Shown here: piece after piece, positions 48,801 to 55,803 of the stretch
Layout: each line of letters opens with the position of its first letter
Numbering within the stretch: position 1 is the first letter of the stretch
IMG/VR virus record: IMGVR_UViG_3300020352_000005
Span: 1 to 56,571 of that record
DNA from: a virus
Taxonomy: Duplodnaviria; Caudoviricetes
DNA: 56,571 bases
Strand: one strand, 5' to 3'
Notes under the pieces: model-generated
The model's input: the letters and a program-made list of their open reading frames with translations, nothing else
Databases searched by the model: none
What the model was told of the DNA's origin: nothing
Translations under genes and position numbers: made by a program

Positions 48801-49073
48801 AGGTTTACCACCTAGAGAAGCTGTATCTTGATATAATAATGAATCAACTAATAAAAATGATTCTTGTCCTGCCGTTGCAGCTGTAAAGACAGGTAGTCTG
48901 TATGATACTCCACTAAATGCCGCATCAATAACGAAATCAGCAATACCTTGTATTGTAAATGTTTTGGTTTGTTTATTAATTGGATTTGAGTTTGCTGCTG
49001 TTCCAATTAAATAATCCGCACCTTCAATCGGTGATTGATTTGGATACGATGTAGTATTGCTAATTTTTGCCAT
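45819..49073 (-). CDS. long tail fibre / adhesin with YadA-head-like 14-residue repeats
   Basis: Dozens of S.A.G..S.A.G repeats; WDASTNVPDL module; GIGTxTP-type repeats. Confidence 0.8.
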   Translation of the reverse strand: MAKISNTTSYPNQSPIEGADYLIGTAANSNPINKQTKTFTIQGIADFVIDAAFSGVSYRLPVFTAATAGQESFLLVDSLLYQDTASLGGKPGEVLGSTVYINNGSGVGSLEVAQNVLVGANLTVNNNANILNDFYVAGDSVFDDSVTMNQEIRLIGDVYDSTNTQGNQEQVLVSDGSGKVTWQNFQGSGLEYQSAWDASTNVPDLQAYPLTADNTGKYWVVSVAGTTPLTDAAGGTITDWEPGDWAIISEDIAGNVFWDKIDNSSVLTGQGTTGNIAIWTAPRELGDAPIKLGAGNSSLIFNKAFSSDGDSANSFGDGSDATGPQSFSAGYATSAQGGASQAFGKESTASNDFALAAGFETQAKGKASFSMGDSSIADGDYSVAFGEQSNSIGTTSFAFGKTTRADGDYSIALGDSSESLGQHSFAAGKDSIASGIASLAFGENALADAQSSTAIGTDVRAKGNGSIALGKDSDAASDFSIVIGATNVAGSVGNGGGVAIGENNNALGAKSVAIGESNSIAVTANNSVTLGGGNTAIGEFSFSAGKGNNNDGNSGTAIGRDNVVKQTATNGVALGYDNNVEAQSAAAIGEDNDAVGAFSMALGYNNIITANYGVGLGQENVVSGLNGTAIGKSNTASSGAAVALGLETTASGSASVALNNSTVASGGDSFASGFESTATGSAGTAMGYRTSALGNYAFASGYLSNTNGDSAIAMGDNAKADNNNTVAIGSDIVVDLKRTVAIGNNLLAKGDSQIVIGNGLEGGSYRETILGSYNNPPNSPSVDTWVATDAILTVGNGQDINNRSNAFIIYKNGELQLEQYGTGTITGTATYNLGVDANGNVIEVATGGGGGGTVTGTGTQDYITKWNSNTAVGDSIMFEGGQGIGLGTVTPSYSFDTFYGSGRYASFGVAFAEAVPANGIINIGDVDGNGAALGLYDDTSSRTVIVKGGAVRIGSGGAAVEKLQVEGNIVLSGSGNQDDVYTTNDALFLSAGGNTVSATHILIQDANSVISTDSNSVMGVGVANPQAKLDVDGGIKMGDTSVVPSASNVGTMRYRVSGNNSYVDMVMQDGPTSYTWVNIVQKNW

Positions 49074-49074
49074 G

Positions 49075-49308
49075 TTATTCTTTTTCTTTTTCTTTTAGTT
49101 CTCCAGTTTGTAAATTAATAACTGTGTTTTCGCCATACTTATCAACTAATTGTTTTTCGATAGTTGCGAATTCCGCTCTAACACTTTGGACTTGCTCAAT
49201 TACTAAGTGTTTTTGTAATTCTAAATCACCTAACTGAGTTTTAAAGTTTACAAAATCTGAATTCAAAGTTTGTAATTTTTCCAATTCTTGTTTTTCTAAA
49301 TTTTTCAT
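49075..49308 (-). CDS. small coiled-coil protein
   Basis: 77 aa; KYGENTVINLQTGE motif. Confidence 0.7.
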   Translation of the reverse strand: MKNLEKQELEKLQTLNSDFVNFKTQLGDLELQKHLVIEQVQSVRAEFATIEKQLVDKYGENTVINLQTGELKEKEKE

Positions 49309-49332
49309 TTTATTTAATTAAGGTTTATAATG

Positions 49333-49340
49333 CAAAGGTA
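49333..49340 (-). promoter_or_regulatory. Bacteroidota -7 promoter element TACCTTTG
   Basis: TAnnTTTG upstream of the tail fibre operon. Confidence 0.55.
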
Positions 49341-49345
49341 AAGAA

Positions 49346-49741
49346 TTATTCTTTATTTTTTTTTGATGCTTTCTCCCAACTTCTACCAACAAAATAAGCG
49401 CCATAAACAGTCACCAGTAGGGTTTGAAATATAGGGATGTAAGCTTCAGCTATTTTAAACTGACCAATGTTACCGTCAGTAAAACATAAAGCAGTAAATA
49501 TAATAGTAAGATATATTAAAACAAATGGACGTATATTTTTAGATAAAAAGCTATCGCTTTGCATATCGTACTTCCAACGCTCACTAACTTGCTCTTGAGC
49601 TTCTTTATCTGCTTGTTCAAGTATTTTTTGAATTTTTTCCTTTGCGGCCAATCTTTCTTCGTCTGTTGTAACCAAGTCATCAATAACTTTTCCGACTTCT
49701 TTTACAATTCCTCCTGTTAGCCATTGTATAATTTTTTTCAT
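49346..49741 (-). CDS. holin (GTA-type 3TM holin-like)
   Basis: RWKYDMQSDSFLSKNIRP, hydrophobic helices and GAYFVGRSWEK; coupled to the amidase gene. Confidence 0.75.
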   Translation of the reverse strand: MKKIIQWLTGGIVKEVGKVIDDLVTTDEERLAAKEKIQKILEQADKEAQEQVSERWKYDMQSDSFLSKNIRPFVLIYLTIIFTALCFTDGNIGQFKIAEAYIPIFQTLLVTVYGAYFVGRSWEKASKKNKE

Positions 49742-50166
49742 AAGTGACAGTATTCGTTATAAGCATCAAAACACGGACAACTTTTTCTTGCGAATTCGTT
49801 ATGTCCATGTATTGTTGCCTCTGGAAACATATTTTTAAGTAATTTTAATAAAGATAAAAGACTATCTTTTTGTTGATTTGTTCTGTTGTCATCGGCTTCC
49901 CACTTTCCGTCTTCTCCTCTTTCTTCTTTAACTCCTCCTGCGTAACAAATTCCTATTGAATTTTTATTCAAACCTTTTGTATGGGCGCCTGATTTTTCTA
50001 AAGGCCTACCTAATTGTATTTGACCTTCTCTTTTAATAAAAAAATGGTAGCCAATTCCTGACCACCCTCTTTTTTTGTGCCATCTGTCTACTTCTTCCGC
50101 ATCTATATCGTGAGAAGGTCTGGTAGCAGAGCAATGAACTATAATTTTATTTATTTTTCTTTTCAT
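49738..50166 (-). CDS. N-acetylmuramoyl-L-alanine amidase endolysin (T7 lysozyme-like)
   Basis: IIVHCSAT, IGYHF, GAHTKG.N..SIGICY.GG and GHNEF..KSCPCF motifs. Confidence 0.9.
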   Translation of the reverse strand: MKRKINKIIVHCSATRPSHDIDAEEVDRWHKKRGWSGIGYHFFIKREGQIQLGRPLEKSGAHTKGLNKNSIGICYAGGVKEERGEDGKWEADDNRTNQQKDSLLSLLKLLKNMFPEATIHGHNEFARKSCPCFDAYNEYCHL

Positions 50167-50308
50167 TGTAATTAATCCATATTCTTTGAGCCGTATATAT
50201 TATAGACGCTGATAATAGAATTAATTTTAAGACCATTTCGATATGGGTAAATGAAATAGCAAGGCTAAGTGAATTGAATGCATATATTTTAAAGTCTTGC
50301 ACAGTCAT
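50147..50308 (-). CDS. 53-aa membrane protein (holin/antiholin-like)
   Basis: MTVQDFKIYAFNSLSLAISFTHIEMVLKLILLSASIIYTAQRIWINYNEKKNK read by hand; overlaps the amidase start. Confidence 0.6.
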   Translation of the reverse strand: MTVQDFKIYAFNSLSLAISFTHIEMVLKLILLSASIIYTAQRIWINYNEKKNK

Positions 50309-50372
50309 TATTCTTTTATAAGTGTATATTCTATCTCAAGGTCTAATAGCCAACTGTTATTTTGTGTATACT

Positions 50373-50630
50373 CTACCATAGCGCTATAATTTCTCCTGCT
50401 GTAGTCCCTGTGTCATAAACTTGCAAAACATTAACAGGAAAAAATTGACCTGCATAACATCCTACAAAAATAACATCATCACCTCCAACTGTTTTAACCC
50501 TAACGTTTCCTGGTAATCCAATATAAAGGGCGCAGCCATTGTTTGTACCCCCTGTTACGCTAGGAATTTGATCAGTATCGCTAGGCGTTACTAAATCTGC
50601 TCTTCTTGCTTGTAATTTTTGATAAGCCAT
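50373..50630 (-). CDS. small virion protein (putative)
   Basis: 85 aa; ALYIG..GNVRV..G.FFPV.V..V..TGTTA..IIALW pattern. Confidence 0.65.
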   Translation of the reverse strand: MAYQKLQARRADLVTPSDTDQIPSVTGGTNNGCALYIGLPGNVRVKTVGGDDVIFVGCYAGQFFPVNVLQVYDTGTTAGEIIALW

Positions 50631-50633
50631 ATC

Positions 50634-50789
50634 TTATTTATTATAAGGGAACATTCTATTTAAACTATCACGTCTTTGACTGCATCCGCAAGGCTTCCCT
50701 GTTGCCTTACTAACCGTATCTACAACTTTCTTTATTCCTGTTGCTTTTGTAAATTTTTCAACGCTATCTCCTAATCCCTTTGATTTCAT
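50634..50789 (-). CDS. 51-aa basic protein (GLGD...CGC..R...LN)
   Basis: MKSKGLGDSVEKFTKATGIKKVVDTVSKATGKPCGCSQRRDSLNRMFPYNK read by hand; fills the gap between neighbouring genes. Confidence 0.7.
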   Translation of the reverse strand: MKSKGLGDSVEKFTKATGIKKVVDTVSKATGKPCGCSQRRDSLNRMFPYNK

Positions 50790-50794
50790 CTTAA

Positions 50795-50938
50795 TTATTT
50801 TTTACAAGTACAAAGTTTATATGGACACTTGTCAATGTTTTTAAAACTAATTGCCATCATCCAAGAATTCCACTTGCATTGAAACTTACACCATAAGCCT
50901 TGAATCCAAAGTCCTAATTTAACTAAAGCTTTTCCCAT
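50795..50938 (-). CDS. 47-aa Trp/Cys/Lys-rich peptide
   Basis: ATG at 50938 in a TAATG overlap. Confidence 0.55.
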   Translation of the reverse strand: MGKALVKLGLWIQGLWCKFQCKWNSWMMAISFKNIDKCPYKLCTCKK

Positions 50939-51156
50939 TATTTTTTGATTAATCCTCCTAAATGTTTTTTTACATAATGAACGCAATCTTTATGAGCATG
51001 TCTGTAAGACATTCCTTTATCAGCTCCATAAGAGTGTCCATAGTCTTTTTTAGACATTGCTTTAGACTCATCTCTTCGGTCTTTTAAAGATTGTTTCTTT
51101 TTTCCGTTTCTAGCTCCGATTGATTCATCTAATCGAGCGTTATACCCTTGTGCCAT
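50938..51156 (-). CDS. small basic protein
   Basis: 72 aa; QGYNARLDESIG..QSLKDRRDESKAM. Confidence 0.7.
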   Translation of the reverse strand: MAQGYNARLDESIGARNGKKKQSLKDRRDESKAMSKKDYGHSYGADKGMSYRHAHKDCVHYVKKHLGGLIKK

Positions 51157-51177
51157 AATTTATTTTTTTGTATTCTA

Positions 51178-51185
51178 CAAATATA
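51178..51185 (-). promoter_or_regulatory. Bacteroidota -7 promoter element TATATTTG
   Basis: TAnnTTTG upstream of ATG 51156. Confidence 0.5.
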
Positions 51186-51476
51186 CTAATATTTTCCTCT
51201 TCTATTTGAAGGACTTGACTTTGTTGAACCGCCTTTTCCTGCCCATAAATTTTTACATGCCCAATAACGTGCGGTTAGTTTTGATTTAGCTGTTCCACAT
51301 TTGTGACGTGCCTTGAAGCTCTTTCTTGCAGCTGCTGAATAATTATGTCCATATCCTTTTGCTCCAAAGTGAATAAGTTTTTCTTTTCCTCCCTCACAGG
51401 CTTTAACCATTTTCTTTTTACCTGCTCTGTCAGAGCGAGTAGGCTTGTTGCAAGACATTTTACTTTTATCGGCCAT
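51186..51476 (-). CDS. small basic protein
   Basis: 96 aa; KLIHFGAKGY, RKSFKARHKC and TARYWACK.LW motifs. Confidence 0.75.
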   Translation of the reverse strand: MADKSKMSCNKPTRSDRAGKKKMVKACEGGKEKLIHFGAKGYGHNYSAAARKSFKARHKCGTAKSKLTARYWACKNLWAGKGGSTKSSPSNRRGKY

Positions 51477-51477
51477 A

Positions 51478-51729
51478 TCATTTAGTGTATTTTTTAGTTA
51501 CTTTAGCGGCTTTAGTATTTGCTACAACGGTTTTTCCTTTTCTACCTGCTGCTTTTTTCTTTCGTGCAGTTTTTGCTCGTGCTGCTTTACTCATACTTTT
51601 TGCTTTTGCTAAGGGTAAACATCTATCTGGATTTTTTTTGTTTTTACTAGTGCCGCACTCTCCTTTAATAGAACCATCAGTTCCAATGCGTACCCACTTT
51701 TCTGCTCTCCATTTAGCTAATTCACCCAT
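51478..51729 (-). CDS. small basic protein
   Basis: 83 aa; LAKWRAEKWVRI..CG..CLP.AKA. Confidence 0.75.
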   Translation of the reverse strand: MGELAKWRAEKWVRIGTDGSIKGECGTSKNKKNPDRCLPLAKAKSMSKAARAKTARKKKAAGRKGKTVVANTKAAKVTKKYTK

Positions 51730-51875
51730 TATTTACCATATTTAGGGTCTTTACAATACTTGCTTGCTGCCATATTTGCATATGCAGAAGGGTATGTATC
51801 AAATTTTTTTTTCGCCCATGCAATTCCTGCAGCGCAAATTTTATTTCCTTTTTTCTTTGTTTTTAGTTTTGCCAT
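51729..51875 (-). CDS. 48-aa basic protein (YPSAYAN motif)
   Basis: MAKLKTKKKGNKICAAGIAWAKKKFDTYPSAYANMAASKYCKDPKYGK read by hand; TAATG coupling. Confidence 0.7.
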   Translation of the reverse strand: MAKLKTKKKGNKICAAGIAWAKKKFDTYPSAYANMAASKYCKDPKYGK

Positions 51876-51877
51876 AA

Positions 51878-52633
51878 TTAAAATGTTGTTGTTTCGAAAA
51901 CTAAAGTTACTTCTATTTCTGAATTTGAAGTAGGGATTGTTGTCCCTGCTGTCTGTACTCCTGATACATTAAGAATAGTTCCTGCTGTATAACTAACATT
52001 TGTTACTGTGCTTTTAAATGGATAAGTTCCATTATCAGCGTCTGTTAAATCAAGTGTGTTTACAGTTTGAGGCGCTGTATAATTAGCGGCATCTGTAGTT
52101 GCTCCACTTGTATTTGACATTGTTCTTATTTGAATATCATAAACTCCACCAACTGGAATACCTGTTACGGAATCATCTGATATCCATTTATAACTTACAC
52201 CGATTAACTTTGCATCTATAGGAATAACTAATACTGAAGAATGGTCTGCTGCAGGAACTGAACTAATTCCAAACTCTAGTGTGTCTCCAAAAATACCAGG
52301 GTCACCACCAAAAACATTTTGGAATGTTCCTGTAACCATATACACAGAACCTCTTTTTGTATCAATTTGAACTGCGTTAGGTGTTCCAGGTGATAAGTCT
52401 GTTAAAACAATATTGTCTCCTGCAATAAGTGTTACTTTATTTGCACCACCATCATTATCTATTAATGAAAGTGCATAATCAGATGTGGCACTTACGCCTC
52501 CTATTAAATCGTATCGTAATCCTACTTTTTCAGATGCTATCTGAACATTTTCTGTTCCTGTGTATCCTACCAAGTAGTCTACATCTGCTTGATCTGTTTT
52601 TAATTCAAATTGTGAAAATTTCTTATTTGCCAT
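51878..52633 (-). CDS. virion fibre / decoration protein (putative)
   Basis: MANKKFSQF N-terminus and Thr/Gly-rich beta content. Confidence 0.6.
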   Translation of the reverse strand: MANKKFSQFELKTDQADVDYLVGYTGTENVQIASEKVGLRYDLIGGVSATSDYALSLIDNDGGANKVTLIAGDNIVLTDLSPGTPNAVQIDTKRGSVYMVTGTFQNVFGGDPGIFGDTLEFGISSVPAADHSSVLVIPIDAKLIGVSYKWISDDSVTGIPVGGVYDIQIRTMSNTSGATTDAANYTAPQTVNTLDLTDADNGTYPFKSTVTNVSYTAGTILNVSGVQTAGTTIPTSNSEIEVTLVFETTTF

Positions 52634-52644
52634 TTTTAATTATT

Positions 52645-52809
52645 TTAAGGAGTTACGCATAGTTCTGGAATCATTCTGCTATCTCCAATTACTGTTTCTT
52701 GCTCACAAAAATCATCTAACTCTGTTATAATAAAACAGATTTCAGGAATGTTTTCGTTTCTTTTATCTTGAAAAGGTATTCCGTTTCCTATAGCTGCCCC
52801 CAATCCCAT
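52645..52809 (-). CDS. 54-aa acidic protein
   Basis: MGLGAAIGNGIPF...ITELDDFCEQE read by hand; TAATG coupling. Confidence 0.6.
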   Translation of the reverse strand: MGLGAAIGNGIPFQDKRNENIPEICFIITELDDFCEQETVIGDSRMIPELCVTP

Positions 52810-53009
52810 TATTTATTGTATTTTGGTTTCATTGCTCCTTTAGCTTGTCTAACCATTTTATCAGCAATAGTTTCAATTGCTCTATTCTTCATCGGTGTAG
52901 ATTCATTTGCTTTGCTCGCTGATTGTGTTTTTTGAAAGCGTGCTAGTTGTTTGTTGGCTTCTTCACATTGCTTTCTTTTCTTTGGATCCTTTACTGATTC
53001 ACATCCCAT
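52809..53009 (-). CDS. 66-aa basic protein
   Basis: ATG at 53009 (MGCESVKDPKKRKQC). Confidence 0.6.
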   Translation of the reverse strand: MGCESVKDPKKRKQCEEANKQLARFQKTQSASKANESTPMKNRAIETIADKMVRQAKGAMKPKYNK

Positions 53010-53016
53010 AATATTA

Positions 53017-53328
53017 TTATTTTTTAGTGTTACCTTTATTTTTTCTACCTTTTCCTTTTTTGCCTCTAGCTCTTTTGTCTCCAGGTGTATTAGTTTTACT
53101 ACCTCTGTTCTTTTTTGCAGACTCCAAGACGTATTTTCCACCTTTTCTACGAGAAACATCAAGGCCATCATAATTACCATATGTACCAAATCTTCTATTT
53201 TCACGATTATCTGCTACCCTTTGTCGAATCGATGACTTCTTTTTATTATACTTTTTTTGATAATCTCTGTGCTTTTTCCTAGCTTCAGGGTTATCTCTAT
53301 AATATTTTGCTGTTCTTCCGAGGGCCAT
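53017..53328 (-). CDS. basic protein with a degenerate HNH-like motif
   Basis: DGLDVSRRKGG..LESAKKNRG resembles DGKDVSH..NR mini-HNH proteins; ATG at 53328. Confidence 0.55.
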   Translation of the reverse strand: MALGRTAKYYRDNPEARKKHRDYQKKYNKKKSSIRQRVADNRENRRFGTYGNYDGLDVSRRKGGKYVLESAKKNRGSKTNTPGDKRARGKKGKGRKNKGNTKK

Positions 53329-53339
53329 AATAAAAAAGT

Positions 53340-53355
53340 TATCTTTGCAAAGATA
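53340..53355. promoter_or_regulatory. palindromic pair of -7 promoter elements (TATCTTTGCAAAGATA)
   Basis: Perfect 16-bp palindrome with TAnnTTTG on each strand, between divergent genes. Confidence 0.7.
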
Positions 53356-53368
53356 CAAATTTAATTAA

Positions 53369-53836
53369 ATGAAAATTCGAAGAAAGATTCGCAGAGTATA
53401 CGAACGATACCAACCAAAAAATGATTATTTAAAATATTGGAAAGTCGTTAAGCAATGGGCTAAAATTAAGTACGATGTAGGCACGGCTGATATTGAAATG
53501 ATGTTGTTCCTATATAGCGAAGGATTGTTTACTCAAAAACAATTTGAAGAATATAATGAAATAATGTCTTGGGATAAAAACCGATTTCATAATTTATTAA
53601 AAGATAAATGGATTATAGTATGGCGTAAAAGAAAAGGCCGTGAGGGTACGTTGTACGAACTAGGCTTTAGAGGTAAGCGCTTATGCGCTTCGATTTATAA
53701 AAAATTAAACATGGAGGAAACTGTCTCAGAAGATAGAAGACGAAATCCCATATTCGATCCAAACGCAACTTACTCTCACAAAGTATATCGTAAGATAATT
53801 AAGAAAATGAATCAAGAGATAAAAAAAAATATGTAA
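53369..53836 (+). CDS. putative winged-helix DNA-binding protein
   Basis: Only + strand gene in the late arm; DIEMMLFLY..F...RFHNLLKDKWI..LYELGFRGK is MarR-like. Confidence 0.55.
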   Translation: MKIRRKIRRVYERYQPKNDYLKYWKVVKQWAKIKYDVGTADIEMMLFLYSEGLFTQKQFEEYNEIMSWDKNRFHNLLKDKWIIVWRKRKGREGTLYELGFRGKRLCASIYKKLNMEETVSEDRRRNPIFDPNATYSHKVYRKIIKKMNQEIKKNM

Positions 53837-53858
53837 AGATTTTTTAATTTTCTTTACA
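53832..53858. terminator. possible bidirectional terminator
   Basis: Inverted repeat TGTAAAGA...TCTTTACA between convergent genes. Confidence 0.4.
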
Positions 53859-53883
53859 CATTAATTAGTTTATGTATAGAATA

Positions 53884-54189
53884 TTAAAGAACTACTACAA
53901 TATCTCTTTCTGAAATAATTGTAACTACATCTTCTTCTAGCATCATTCTATGTCCTGAATTTTTATCGTAATAAATTATATCTCCTTCTTTCACAACGCT
54001 AACTTCAGTCCCTGGAATTTTTATCAAACCTTTTTTGTATCTTAGTAGATTGCTATCGTCTGACGTTAGTAAAATACCTGACTCAGTTTTCTGCTGTTCT
54101 TTAATTTCTGTAATTACAATGTACTTACCTACTGCTTTCATTCTTCTTTTTTTTAAAATTTCTAGACCTTCTGCTAACCAATGATTCAT
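53884..54189 (-). CDS. groES: co-chaperonin GroES
   Basis: MKAVGKYIVI..KTESGILL..VKEGDIIYY..ISERDIV; start at 54189 (ATGA overlap) or 54141. Confidence 0.85.
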   Translation of the reverse strand: MNHWLAEGLEILKKRRMKAVGKYIVITEIKEQQKTESGILLTSDDSNLLRYKKGLIKIPGTEVSVVKEGDIIYYDKNSGHRMMLEEDVVTIISERDIVVVL

Positions 54190-55757
54190 TTTCTTTTCAT
54201 TGTTACGATTGCATTGGTACTTAAGATTGTTGTTGCTACACTTACTGCATTCTTTAATGCATTTTTCGTAACCTTCGCAGGGTCAATTACACCCATTTTA
54301 TACATATTGCCAAATTTTTTGTTCTTAACATCATATCCTTCTGTGTAAGGAACATTTGCACATTGACATATTTTATCTCTGATCTCTTTTATGTTATCGC
54401 CTGCGTTGGTTAGTATTTGTTCTAGTGGCGCACATAAAGCTCCATACAATATATCGGCTGCATCTCCATCGTCAAGTTGCTCACCGCATCTAAGTAGCGC
54501 TACACCTCCGCCTGGAAGTATGCCTTCTTCAATTGCTGACTTTACTGCACACACCGCATCTTCTACACGGTCATACTTTTCTTTCTGCTCAATATCTGAG
54601 TTAGCCCCAACATAAATTACACCTACAGCTCCAGATAGCAAGGCAATTCTTTCTGAAATAAAATCTCTATCCTTTTTATCTTTATTGTTTTCCTTCTGAA
54701 CTTTAAGTTCTTCTATTCTAGCTTTAGCGTCCTTACTGCTTTGCTCATTATTCATAATTACAGTAGTATCTCTTCCTACTATAATTTTTTCAGCATGCCC
54801 TAAATCTTCCATTTTCAATATCCCTATGTTGTCGCCTTGCGACTCGCTGAAATATTTAGCACCTATAGCTAATGCTATATCAGACATTAGCTCGTTAGTC
54901 TTATATCCAAAAGATGGTGGTATAATATTACAAAGCTTTAAATTATTCTGCACAACATTTGCTGCCAAAGTATTTGTTACATTGTTAGAGCAGTTACCAA
55001 TAATCAAAAGTTTTTTGTTTTGATTAATAATTGGTTTTAAAATATTTTCAATCTGCAGAATATTTGTAATCTCCATGTCTGTCATCAAAACATACACGTC
55101 ATCTAAAATACATTCGTCATTTCTATGGTTATTAATAAACAACTTAGAACTGTACCCTCTATCAATCTTAATTCCTTTAGTTACCTCGTAGTATGTCTTT
55201 TCTGTTTTACTATTCTCTACTGTGAGTATTCCATCATTACCAAGCTCTTTGTAAGCATTGGCAATCATTCTACCTAACACAGGATCGTTGTTGGCAGATA
55301 TAGTCGCTACATCACGCAATGTTTTACCTGTAACCTTTTTAGAAGACTTGCTTAAACTTTTAATTACATCATTAGCTAGACTATTAATGTCACGAACTAA
55401 TTGTGTGGTATTAACCTCAGGATTTCTTTGAATCAATCGCATACCCTCCTTAACAATAGCTTCGGTAAGTACAATAGCTGTAGTTGTTCCGTCACCTGCT
55501 GAAGTTGCTGTCCTATCAGCAGCTTCTTTCATCATACGAATAGCTAGGTTCTCTACTGAGTCCTCAAGGTCAATAGATTTTGCAACTGTAACTCCGTCTT
55601 TCGTTACTGTAATTCCTGATGTATGGTTTTGTGATTCAATAAGTACTGTTTTACCGAGTGGCCCTAATGTACTTTTAACTGCTTTGGATATTTTAGTTAT
55701 ACCGCTTAATAACTTATCTCTTCCTTCCTGGTCGAAAGACAACTCTTTTGGATTCAT
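54186..55757 (-). CDS. groEL: chaperonin GroEL
   Basis: TLGPLG, TKDGVTVAK, AGDGTTTA, GILPGGG and GVIDPAKVT motifs. Confidence 0.95.
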   Translation of the reverse strand: MNPKELSFDQEGRDKLLSGITKISKAVKSTLGPLGKTVLIESQNHTSGITVTKDGVTVAKSIDLEDSVENLAIRMMKEAADRTATSAGDGTTTAIVLTEAIVKEGMRLIQRNPEVNTTQLVRDINSLANDVIKSLSKSSKKVTGKTLRDVATISANNDPVLGRMIANAYKELGNDGILTVENSKTEKTYYEVTKGIKIDRGYSSKLFINNHRNDECILDDVYVLMTDMEITNILQIENILKPIINQNKKLLIIGNCSNNVTNTLAANVVQNNLKLCNIIPPSFGYKTNELMSDIALAIGAKYFSESQGDNIGILKMEDLGHAEKIIVGRDTTVIMNNEQSSKDAKARIEELKVQKENNKDKKDRDFISERIALLSGAVGVIYVGANSDIEQKEKYDRVEDAVCAVKSAIEEGILPGGGVALLRCGEQLDDGDAADILYGALCAPLEQILTNAGDNIKEIRDKICQCANVPYTEGYDVKNKKFGNMYKMGVIDPAKVTKNALKNAVSVATTILSTNAIVTMKRK

Positions 55758-55780
55758 ATTTTAATTAATTAGATTTAATG

Positions 55781-55788
55781 CAAATATA
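55781..55788 (-). promoter_or_regulatory. Bacteroidota -7 promoter element TATATTTG
   Basis: TAnnTTTG 23 nt upstream of groEL. Confidence 0.6.
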
Positions 55789-55803
55789 CAAAAAAAATAA
55801 GAC

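Noticed and set aside
41532-49073. Diversity-generating retroelement or invertible tail-fibre cassette
   Set aside because: No reverse transcriptase, invertase or adenine-specific template/variable repeat pair is visible.
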